A stretch of DNA of 64,000 nucleotides from Gnetum montanum (lineage: Eukaryota > Plantae > Gnetophyta), in NCBI GenBank assembly GCA_015680685.1, contig MNCI01000651.1, positions 1,665,832 to 1,729,831 of the forward strand, given 5' to 3'. The position numbers and the translations under genes were made by a program. Within the stretch, counting starts at the first letter, position 1. The number at the start of each line of letters is the position of its first letter. This document shows, one piece after another, positions 53,107 through 64,000 of this stretch. The notes below the pieces were generated by a model. It searched no databases, had not been told where the DNA came from, and worked only from the letters and a program-made list of their open reading frames with translations.

Positions 53107-56100
53107 TTAGATGAAGTACGGCTTCAAGTATAGGTGGTTTACAGGGTTTGCAAAATCTCTGCCATTCGTGTCTGCTAGCTTAAAGGCTCCATTCTCGTAG
53201 GCTTTTGTGACTACGAATGGACCTTCCTAATTTTCCAAAAACTTATCTACATGTTCATGCACAACTTTGAGGAGTAGGTCCCCCTTTTTAATTGATCGTC
53301 GATGTAGGTCTGCATGATGCTTTTGCCACTGCTTTTCCTGATACCATTTGATGCGGCCTAGTGTTTATGCATGCTCTTCCTCTAGGATGTCAAGATCAAT
53401 GATCCTTGACTCATTATTCTGAGCTTCATTTACAACACTTGAAAGGATCATCCGCAGTGATCATACTTGCAATTCAAGAGGAAACACTACTTCAGATCTG
53501 TAGATTAGGTTGTAGGGGGTCTTACCTGTAGCTTTCCTACATGTTGTACGGTAGGCCTAGAGAACATAGAGGATTTACTCATGCCATCACCTCTTGCCAT
53601 TACTAAACATTCTTTTAAGCAAGTTGATGATGGCTTTGTTTGTTGCTTCTGCTTGACCGTTAGCCTATGGGTAATATGGCGATGAGAAAGATTTCTTAAT
53701 GCCAAGGTTGCTACAAAAGGTTTTGGTTTCCACACTACTAAACTATGGCCTATTATCTATCACAATAGTCATGGGAAGACCAAACCTTATTACGATGTTG
53801 TCCAGGATGAAGTGCCAAACTTGCTGAGATGTAGTTTTCCTAAGGGGAATAGCTTCTGCCCACTTCGTAAAGTACTTAGTGGCAGTAATGATGAAGCTAT
53901 ATCCTGCAAAAGACTTAGGTGTTATGGGTCCTATGATATCTAGTCCCCATCATTGGAATGGCCACGTGATCTGTGTAGGGTGCAACTTAGTAGGTGACAC
54001 GTGCATGAGATTTGCGTGATGTTGGCACGTGTCACACTTCTTGACTTTAGCAAAAAAATCACGTTCCATGCAAGGCTAGTAATACCCTAGGTGTCTAATC
54101 TTAGCTGCCATGGGCCTGGGAGCTATGTGTCCTCCACACAGTCCTTCATGGACCTTGCTAACTATTTTTTGTGCCTCCTCCCCACCAACGCAAGTTAACA
54201 ATATTCCATCGAAGGAGCGTTTACTCAAGGTATTATCTCCTACTAGGACATACGACCGTGCTCTCTTTTTGATTGCATCCCTTTGGGTGAATGTCAAGCC
54301 ATGTGGGGGTTCACCATGTTGTAGGTAGGATTTCATGTTAGCGTACCACTCTTGGGTGTTGGTAGCGCTTATGGAGGACACGTGTACTACTTGGGTGATG
54401 CGGTCTGTGCACTCTATTATCGAAGTAGGTAGAGTCGTGAATAGGTGTGACGACACGTTTAATGCTAGCATAGCTAAGGCATCGGCTACAGTGTTCTCAT
54501 TGCGTGGCACATGCTGGATGTCTGTTGTGGTGAACTGTTGCAATAGGTTTTTATCCAAATCACAGTAAGGCTATAAATGTGAAGCTTTACAGGTGTAGAC
54601 CTTAGTGATTTGATTGACAACAAGCTAAGAGTCACCTCGAACTGCGAAATGTTGAATTTTTAATTGCTGGGCTGCTAAGAGGCCTCTGAGGAGTCCTTCG
54701 TACTCAGCTACATTGTTCATACAAAGGAATGAGAAGTAGTAAGTAAAGGGTTGCATGTCCCCTGAGGGAAATGTAATGACAAAGGAAGCACTACCACCTC
54801 GTGTGGTTGAGGCATCGTCGAAATGCAAAGTGGCCTCGAAATGCGATGGTACAGGTTGACACTACTAACATGTTCATTAGGAAATTTGGGTTCTATGGTT
54901 ACATAATCATCAACGGGTGAGGTAGCTAGTTGCGTAGCTATTGCTTGTCCTTTCATTGATGATTGGGTTACATAGTGTAAGTTGAATTCCACTGTTATTG
55001 CCTTCCATCAGACTATCCTACTACTTTCATATAAGTTGTTCGTGATAGCCCGAAGTACATTTCTTTTGCATATAATGTTCACTTGACTATGGAATAGGTA
55101 GTGTCTCCACTTTTTTAGTGCAAACACTAAAGCAAGACAATTCCTTTCCACTTTGTTGTATTTGGCTTCATATGCTATCAATGCGTGGCTTAAGTAATAG
55201 ACTGGGGTTTCGGAGCCGTTCTCTCTTTTTTGGCATAAAGTGCTACGATAGACATGTTCAAGGTAGCAAGGTAGATGTAGAAAGGCTTATCCCTCTATGG
55301 TGGGTAAACAGTTGGGAGGTGTAAAAGCTCTTTCTTCAAGTCATTGAAGGCTTGTGGGCATTGCTTTAGTAAGTGTTGCATGGGGTGTAACTTGTTAGTC
55401 AACCTTGCTATAAACCTTCTGATGAACTATATTCTACCTTGCAACCTATGCAATTCTTTAAGGTTAGTAGGGGATGTTAGGTTAATGATGACCTTAACTT
55501 TGTTAGGGTCCACTTGTATTCCAGTCTTCGATCCTACAAACCCTAGCATGTGCCCAATTTTTATGCCAAAAACACACTTCTTTGGATTAAGGCATAGGTC
55601 ATGCCTATGACAATTCTTCAGGACTACATCTAGATCAGTGGGATGATTAATAGCTATCTTAGACTTGACCACTATGTCATCCACGTAATCGTTTAGTCTC
55701 TCTAGGAGGTAGTCACTGAATATGTAGGTCATGACTCATTAGTAAGTTGCTTCGACGTTCTTTAGACCAAAGGGCATCATAGTGTAACAAAAGGTACCCC
55801 CAGGGGTCATGAACATAGTTGTCAATTGATGCTTTAGATTTATGCAAATTTGATTGTAACTCAAGAACCCATCCATGAAGGATAGTAAAGCATGACCAGC
55901 CATTATATCGATAAGCTAGTCAATACTTGGTAATTGAAAGTCATCTTTAATCATTGCCTTGTTTAGATCCTGGAAGTCTAAATAGATTTGTATCCCTCCA
56001 ATTTTCTTAGGTACTACCACAATGTTTGACACCCATTTCGAGTAATTGACCGCACGAATGAAACTTGCTTGGTATAGCTTAGTGATTTCATCACGTACAG

Positions 56101-56593
56101 CTAGTGCAATTTCTGGTTTAATCTTTCAAGCCTTTTGTTTAACAGGTTTGACACGTGGGTCCAATACAATGTTATGTTGTATTAGCCATGGGTCTAAGCC
56201 TGGCATGTCATTGTAAGACCATGAGAATACTATGATGTTATCTTGAAGGACTCTGGATACATATTTTTGCATTTGTTGATCTAGGAGAGAACTTAGTTTT
56301 AGTGTTTTCATTTTCCCCTTGGATGTCGTTATTGGTGCTTCGATGAGAGGGTCCTCAGTCACATCCCTAGCCTCTAAGTCTAAGGCTTGAACCAAGTGTT
56401 CAGGCCAATCTAGGGACATTTCCAGGGACACTACAGTGTTATCAGTTGATGAATCCCAGTCTATCGACTCTAAGTTCGGGTATCTTGCAAACTTGCCATG
56501 AGGACCTGTTAAGGTTAAAAGTGAGTGTAGATCACGTTGCATGGCCATCTTGTTCAACCTTACACAATAAGAAGAAGCATGGTCAAGTGATAC
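53107..56593 (-). pseudogene. pol: pol of T2 (RT, RH, archaeal-type RH, INT), disrupted
   Basis: FSWSYNDMPGLDP, LSFMDGFLSYNQI, YVDDIVVKS, NPKKCVFG, LQGRI, KGQAIA, HFDDAS...NNVAEYEGLL...RGDS, HVPRNENTVADALA, VHEGLCGGH, LKPYFI*. Confidence 0.95.
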
Positions 56594-56685
56594 CTATTTG
56601 ACGCTATGGCGCATCATAGTAAATATTTGCAAAGCAATAATGAAACATGCAATGATTGTCAAACATTCGGCCGAATCTGCAAATT

Positions 56686-57423
56686 ACCAATTTAAGGTCT
56701 TGGTGGACCATGAACATATTCGAACATGCAATTGATGCTAGGTCTGCTAGTTTAAGGTCATGGTGGACCATGGTGCATAGGTTTTTGAATAAAGTTACTA
56801 GTTTAAGGTCTTTGCGGACCGTGAACAGGTTTTTAGATAAAGTTGCTAGTTTAAGGTCTTTGTGGACTGTGAGTGGATTTGAACATGAAATTGATGCTAG
56901 GTCTACTAGTTTAAGGTCATGGTGGACCGTTAATAGGTCGTTAAGGTAAAGTTACTAGTTTAAGGTCTTTGCAGACCATTAATAGGTTGATAGATAAGGT
57001 TATTAGTTTAAGGTCTTTTCGAACTGTTAACAGGTAGGCTTCGTAGAATGTTACTAGTTTAAGGTCTTTGTAGACCGTGGTGCATAGGTTTTTGAATAAA
57101 GTTACTAGTTTAAGGTCTTTACAGACCGTGAACAAGTTTTTAGATAAAGTTGCTTGTTTAAGGTCTTTATGGACCGTGAGCAGATTCGAACATGCAATTG
57201 ACGCTAGGTCTGCCACTTTAAGGTCGTGGTGGACTATTAATAGGTCATGAGGGTAAAGTTATTAGTTTAAGATATTTGCAGACCATTAATAGGTTGATAG
57301 ATAAGGTTACTAGTTTAAGGTCTTTTTGAACCATTAATAGGTAGGCTTCGTAGAATGTTACTAGTTTAAGGTCTTTGCGGATCGTGGTGCATAGGTTTTT
57401 GAATAAAGTTACTAGTTTAAGGT
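56686..57423. repeat. Higher-order tandem repeat: 14 monomers of 48-60 bp plus a partial one, 6-monomer period of 307 bp
   Basis: Core RCTAGTTTAAGGTC-N6-GACC; tail types run A,B,C,A,D,E,F,B,C,A,D,E,F,B; B units start at 56746, 57053 and 57360. Confidence 0.95.
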
Positions 57424-57994
57424 ATGGCTAGTGTAGCGTGCTACCTTCAAGAGGGCTTTGGCCTTTTGCATGATTTGACAAATGAGACATGTGTTTAACA
57501 TAGTACAATGCGAGTTATTTTGTATAGCCGAATTATGGTTGGGATGGCTGTAGCACAGTAAACTCTTACTTGTTTGTACTTTGTAATGCTTTTACTGTAG
57601 TATGTCAGTACGTTGCAAGGTTTAGTAGGTTTGTCATATTGTTATGCTGTTAAGCCTACAATACCACTGCGTTTCCCAAATTTGTTAAGCTTGCCATATT
57701 GCCATGCTTGTCGTAGTAATGTGTTGATTACATTGTGTTGCATGTCTACCTGTCCTTGTTCATTTGCTTTAGTACGTTGTTGCATTGTGTAAGGTTTAAT
57801 GGCCATACTACGCTATGAGGCTTGTTTTTTTGTTTTTTGTTTATATTTGTTTTTTTGTGACTGCGAAATCCTGCTATGCTACATGTAATGAGAATGCCAT
57901 ACTACACTATACATAATGAGAGGGTCATGCTACGCTACATGTAAAATTTGCATGTACATAGTGCTAACGTTTTCTTCTTCATTGGTGTAGGGTT

Positions 57995-60900
57995 ATGTTG
58001 AAACCCATTTTGATTGTCCTAGAAATTGTAGGAGTCCTGTGCTGCCTTAGCGAACCAGTGGCCAATGTCCCTCCCCCTCAAGCACGTGTGGAGTGGAAGG
58101 TGGTTTGGTTCCAGGAGAGTTCACGGGACTTCCTATAATTCCTCCTCCAGCATTTTAGTGTGATCGTTTGGTCACACTTATCGATGGAGATAGTAGCCAC
58201 AATCATAGAAACCCTATTGCCTGGGGTAAAACAGGGTATTCTAGAATTTTTGACTAATGGGTCAATTGGGGGTGAGCAGGCAGAAGGTTTCAACCAACAT
58301 CCAAAAAGCCTGAGGTGCTTAAGTTGGATTTGGGAGATGCTTGAGGATAAGTGTTACCACTTATACAATACATTTTTTATTGCCTGCCACATGGGCACCT
58401 GCTTTCAGAACCCACCTAGAACCGTTTACTATGCTAGTGGGTGAGTTCTACGATGGTATTTTCTCATGTAATCCATGCTACACTAGACACAGGTATTAAT
58501 AGCATATATGTTCATTTTTTGTGTTACTAGTTTTTTTATTGACAAGAGTGGTCTTCACAGTGACACGAATGCCTTGGCGTTGGCACAGATGGCCTTGCGG
58601 GATTTTTCCTCCACTGGGAATGTGAGTGTCAGTGTGATAGGCTAGTTTGGAGGTGAGTTCAGAACCTATCCAACCTAGTATTCCCAATTTTATGGGAAAT
58701 GTAAAGAAGCTGATTGGTTGGATAAGGAATGGGCATCCCTTAGGCCACTTACCATCGAAGATGTGTTGGTGGATCTTCCACCATTTCCCATGTCATTTAA
58801 ACCTAGTACGCTAAATTGTAAATTCCCTGCTAAATGTTTTAGTGATACTTATGTTTTGCTAACCCTCTTTCTCTTTTTTTTTTGTGAATCATTTTAGTAG
58901 CGAAGGAATCCCAAGAGGTGACTGTGATTACCTTTGGGTGCAATGAGACCAACCTCTTTTTTAAGTACGGGGAGGTGGAGGAGACCCAATGCTAGCTCTA
59001 CAATGGGGCACTAACCACACTGGTCCATAACCTTCAGGAGGTTGGGCTTATGGACCTATTTTTGGTAGTTAACCCAAGTGTCCCTCCTACTGAGATGCTT
59101 GCCCTAGCTGACTCCTTCTCTGAAAAGGCAGACTTCTTCTGCACATGTGTTCATGGTGTGTGCATGGTACTTGATGCCAATGATCAATTATTTGTGGATA
59201 TTTTCAATGTCCCCTTTGATGGTCTCCTCATGGGAGAAAAATCCAAGAAAGATGCATACAATCAAGAGGACATCGAGGAGTGGCTAGGGGCTTCCAAGGA
59301 CCGAAAGGGGATTTACATTGAGAAATTTAGGCTATGGGTGGCCAAAACGGTTTACCCTATCTTCTATGCCCAGGCCTTCCCCAAGCTTCTATCCTAAGGA
59401 AAAATCATTGGGATTGAGCAGGCTTAGATAATGAAGGATGTCATGGAAGAAGGGAACCGTTACAATTGGGCCAAGCATCTTTGTAGAGGTATGTAGGTTG
59501 AACTGGTCAAGCTTCACAAGAAGCTTGAATCCTGTTTCAACGTGCACCATGTCTTTTTCATAGCCTACCTATGGAATTTTGTGGAATTCTTGGTAGTCCA
59601 CAAGAATGAGGTCTGGGTACTACATGATCGTAGCTAGATCTCCAAATCGTGGATCTTCCAAGTCTTCCATATCACCCAATCTCAGGACCCCCTAGAAGCT
59701 ATTAGGGAGTCATTCTCAATGAAAACTAGGGATTGGGTGGCACACAACTTTTGGGCCAAAGATAGCATGGGAGAGACACCCCCCATTACCACTGACAGTG
59801 TGACAAGGGGGGAACACCTCATTGCAGAGATGGTGACGACCAAGCTACAATGCAAGAGGTCTCGTCCTGCCGACGAGACCTTCCGTACTAACAAAGAGAG
59901 GGGGAAGAAGCTGCAATTCAAGCTTTGTAGAGTGTAGCCTCCAATTGGTAAGTATTCACTTCTTTTTTTTCTATTTTTTTTTATTTTTTTTGGGTAACGC
60001 TTGCTACGCTGTGTTACGCTAGGTAGCGTAGCACAGCGTAGCATTTTCTTTAGGTTAGTATAGTTTACTTACTGTGACTATGCTTTATCAGTGGAGGAGG
60101 AAGAAGAACAAGAGGGAGAAGAGGTGGTGGCCCCTACAACAGGGGTGATTGGTGAAAACAAGGAGGCCTTGACTATAGAGGAGAAGTCCCTTGTAGAAGA
60201 AAAAGGGGCACTTGCTACAGAAGAAAGGGTCTCAGCTAGTGAGGAGGAGGTCTCTGACGATGAAGAGGAGGAGGAGGAGGAGGCCCCTATTAATGAAGAA
60301 AGGGGCCCAACCAATGATGAAGAGGCTCCTAGCAACTAGGATGAGGCTCCTGCTGATGACCCTTTCATAGAGAGTAGCTTAATTCTAGAGGGGCACATGA
60401 GCATTGAGGATGCTGCTACCTTATTGGGTTAGCTAGAAGGAGAGGGGCTCCATTTGGATGTTGGTGAGTTTGATCATATATTTGACAATGTGCCGATGGG
60501 CGACCCCCCCTCTATCACCCCTAAGGATTTGCTAGGTAGGAGCTTTACACTATCATTTATGCCATTCATTAGCCCTATTATGGTTCTCTCCATTTTAACT
60601 AACACATTTTACCATGCAGCTAATACCACTTTTGACATCTCTAGCTCATCCTTGATCTACTTGTGACCATGGACTAAAACCCGTGATAAATTTACTTTGA
60701 TGGAAGGGGTGGTCAATGACATGATTGACCATGTAAGGCAGGTCGACCAAGAAGTGGGTAGGTTAATGTGCTACGCTAGACTCTACATTATTGTTGCATT
60801 CACTATGCCTCTGTGACTAATGCATTTTTTATTACACATGGTTGGTAGCTTCTAGTCTCAAGTGGGATCCTAAGTGGGTGGTTAAGGTCGACATGATGCC

Positions 60901-61818
60901 TGTATTTCCACTAGAGGTAACTGAAGTACCTCGTCACCTATACGATGAGTCAAGCCAATGTGCCTTGTACTCAGCACGCTCTTTGTGGGAATGTAGGCGC
61001 ATGAACAAAGACCTCTAGAAATGGGTCCAGAGGCTTGAGAAGGGGAAGGCCAACCTGACCATTGAGGTAGGAGATCTCTATTTCAAGAATGAATTCTTGT
61101 TGGCCCAAGACACCAATGATGGTAGTTGGTGCATGGCCATCATTAACTATGCAAGGTATTGGATGGCCATGCAGCGTAACAATGAGGCCACCTGTGAGAT
61201 AATAGAGTAGCACATGAAAATGGACCTGTTAGCCTAGAAAAACCAAGACTGGAAAGATTATAGCACCAAGGTTTATGAGTGGGGATAGGCACAGAAAAAC
61301 AAAAGCATATGTATAAGCTAGAACATGCCACCTATTGTAGCCAATACAAGGATGCCTCAGTCAAGTTACATACTCACAAGATTTTCCTTGATATTATTGG
61401 TGCTTATGGAACTTACGACATATTCATGCAACAAGTGACAGTGAGTGAGTCCCCTGAAAGGGAAGTGACCTTTCCTGCGGGTGAGACCACGACTACTGCC
61501 TTTTCTCCTGGACCCCCAAGATGGACATCTGTAGAGAAGGAGAAATTTGCTGCAAGCACTAATTTGGACAATAGAAATTGGGCTGACATCATGGAAGAGG
61601 AGATCGTACGACTCCTGGCAATAGGTTTGGATCAAATGCCCCTTGATATAGACATGGGGCCATCTCGGGTCAGTCATCCTTCGGCGTAGCGACAATTTAT
61701 TTTGTTGGAGTCTTTATTGTAGCTTTAGCTGACTAATCCATTTTTTATGGTGTAGGATCTAGGTGAAAACATGGGGCCTAATGAAGCAGGGAACGATGGA
61801 ACGGGCGAAGGGTCGTAG
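57995..61818 (+). pseudogene. Seven-exon gene antisense to T2: FCP1/NIF-like HAD domain + PMD/Transposase_32-like domain + acidic region + helical C-terminus (~1,075 codons; premature stops, one frameshift)
   Basis: Exons 57995-58440, 58546-58805, 58898-59947, 60092-60535, 60620-60757, 60840-61668, 61756-61818. All six donors are GT and four acceptors are intact AG; two acceptors need a single-base repair (CAA at 58543-45, CAT at 60837-39). Splice phases keep the frame. Confidence 0.8.
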
Positions 61819-62249
61819 CATAGCAGCTAACCATTTTATTTGAATTCAAAGAATGTTACAAACATTATTAATTTATAAAAGAAAAATTGAAATAAAAAGA
61901 GATTTATTTTGCTCATGTGTTATGTGTTGTATTCATTTTTATTTTATTTCATTCTCCTTTTATTTATGAATTGAATTCATTAGGAACATCTTGTTTTAGT
62001 TTTAGGCCATTTTCGATAGTGGGATGATGGTAAGGGAAAATTTTGCTAGTTTTAGGCCTTAGCAGGCCATGGTGTAATGCAAATGGAGGACATGTGAATG
62101 ACTTAAAGAATAAGTTAGACACTTAGCGTAAATGAGTAAATGTGAAGCAAATAGGGAATAAATGAATAATGGACATTAATTAGATAAGAAGAAATGGAGT
62201 TGTTACGCTACACTAGTAATGATCATCCTTGCAACTGCTTCCTAACCCA

Positions 62250-62870
62250 TCATGGGCTTGGCGACACGTAAGGCTGAGAGGCTTTGTTGCAGCATTCTTC
62301 TACGTCATCGTCTACCACTTGAAATGGCAACTCAGCCCATGCAGTTTCATTTTCTAAACCAGCATTTTGGACCAGCTCTTTTGTCAAACAATTAGTATCG
62401 AAAAAAATAGGTGCCTCATTCTTAGAGGTTATGACCTTTAAACCCTGCTCTATATCTATGTTATTTATTTCCTGGGTTGTCACTTTATCACAATGGATCA
62501 CCACCTCCTTACCTGCATAAGGTAGATGGATTTCCTGATGTATGGATGAAGAGACAGCCCTGAGTTGGGCTAACAACGATCTCCCCAAGATCAGGTTAAA
62601 CCTGGGCATCTCTTCCACCACAATAAACATCACACTTATGGGGAACTAGTCCTACAAAGTCAATGTGGATAGTGCCTTTCACTGCTACCCATGCCTCGTT
62701 GAATGACTTCAGACATGACGTTGTCGTGGGTTTGATTTGGTCTACCAAACCTAGTTTTTCCACTATGGGGAATGGGATGCCATTTGTAGCAGCCTTGTCA
62801 TCAATGTGTACTCTTTGGATCTTATGTTGGCTAACCCGAATTGTGATGAATAGGGGTGCTATCATCACCT
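62250..62870 (-). pseudogene. Aspartic protease of T2, frameshifted
   Basis: PLFITIRVSQHKIQRVHIDDKAATN; FIVVEEMPRFNLILGRSLLAQLRAVSSSIHQ. Confidence 0.88.
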
Positions 62871-64000
62871 AACCCTTTTCAGGGTCTTCCTTAATGGACT
62901 CATCACAGAATGTCAATTGGGATGGTTGTGGTTCTTCAGGCATAGAAGGAAGCATGATCGAATGTATTACTTTATGCTCTGTTGGCATGTTCTTGTCAAT
63001 TGGTATGGACATTAGCATGCGAACCAAAACCTCACGGTATGCAATGGAAGTCATTACCAGGTCGTACAGGCTCAACGTTGTGTTCTTTTTTTAGAGCTGA
63101 TTTTACCTAAGTAAGAGCACTTAGGAGGTCCTGTTCACCTTCCTATTGTTTACCAACTTTCTCTTCCTCCATTCATCCTAGAAGACAAATTTCCCGAGGA
63201 GGAGCAGTTTTGGGTTTGGGGCTAGACCCTTTCGGGTGAGGTGGCGATGACCATGTGTGCATAGTGACGTTAACTTTTTGTGATGAGGTGGGCGTAGATA
63301 CAGAGGACGAAGGAGTAGGCTTGGAAGGACCTGGGGTGATATGTTTCGTAGCTATTTCACTTGTCAGAAGCTCTTCCTGTTTCCTTGAATGAGAAGGCTC
63401 TGATGCCTTCATATGTTGGTTTTGTGGGATGGGGGCAGTTGAGTGGTTTGGGCCCCTAATGATGAATGGTGTTTTTGGAATTAGTGTGGGTGGTGGTGTA
63501 GTTTTGTTTACAAAGGGTATAGGGGCAGACGTTCGAGGAGGAACCTTAAGGACAAATGGTTGCTATGGTATCTTTTTTGCCATTATTGGTGTCGCTATGC
63601 TACGTTGAGGTATGCGAACCAGAAATGGCTGCTATGGCAGTTCCAGATTACCATCTACGCCAATCGTGTTGATGATGTACCTTGAATCGTTAGCATTGAG
63701 GGGGTCCTTGTAAACATGCATGGATTGATTTTCAGGGTGGATGATGTTGCTTTCTTCTAGCACCAGCTTTCCCTGATCGATCATCTATTGAATCTCATCT
63801 TTTAAGGCTAGACAGTAATCCGTGTCATGACCACAAAGTTGGTGGTAGTCACAGAACCGCTCCAGCTTGAAGTTCTTAGGAACTGGGGGCTCGTTGGGCA
63901 TAGCCAAGGAGGGGTTCCTAAGGAGTTCACAATATCACTGATGCCATTTGGTCACCTCCTCTGACATCCACTTATGTTGAATGTACCCTACCCCTAGCAC
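62871..64000 (-). pseudogene. gag: gag C-terminal part of T2
   Basis: FCDYHQLCGHDTDYCLALKDEIQ*MIDQGKL at ~63770-63860; Ogre-like SLYDLVMTSIAYREVLVRML. Confidence 0.85.

Larger units (their letters stand above)
49892..64000 (-). mobile_element. Younger Ogre/Tat-type Ty3/gypsy element (T2); 5' end beyond the window
   Basis: gag (C-x2-H-x4-H-x4-C knuckle), PR, 5.6-kb spacer, RT-RH-aRH-INT, 3' region, PPT, LTR with TGTAG...CTACA ends. Confidence 0.92.

Noticed and set aside
56686-57423. CRISPR-like repeat/spacer appearance
   Set aside because: The 'spacers' recur with a 307-bp period, repeats are degenerate, no cas genes are present, and the context is a plant retrotransposon.
60078-60339. Ser-rich minus ORF and Glu-rich plus ORF as standalone genes
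   Set aside because: The plus ORF is part of exon 4 of the spliced gene; the minus ORF is its antisense shadow.

Overview
AT-rich, CG/CHG-depleted plant heterochromatin made almost entirely of nested, decayed LTR retrotransposons, consistent with a large-genome land plant (host not identifiable from this window). No intact host gene, RNA gene or CRISPR array is visible. From left to right: (1) a minus-strand Athila-like Ty3/gypsy element (1-~7900); (2) a 5'-truncated SIRE-type Ty1/copia element (~7910-12650); (3) an older, internally deleted Athila relative (12651-~20520, -); (4) an orphan extra-ORF remnant (~21760-24433, -); (5) a full-length 16.1-kb Athila-like element with both LTRs and a GGTTT target-site duplication (27469-43568, +); (6) an older Ogre/Tat element (43574-49891, -); (7) a younger Ogre/Tat element (49892 to beyond 64000, -). 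The most notable structure is in element 7. Its ~5.6-kb protease-RT spacer holds an antisense, 7-exon, ~1,075-codon gene whose introns splice in frame. The product joins an FCP1/NIF-type HAD (pseudo)phosphatase domain to a plant-mobile-domain-like region. The RT-RNaseH-integrase cassette is bracketed by two arrays of a hexaloop hairpin motif whose arms show compensatory changes, and a 40-bp palindrome is shared between the LTR and an intron of the antisense gene. All domain calls come from manual translation and motif recognition, not database searches.
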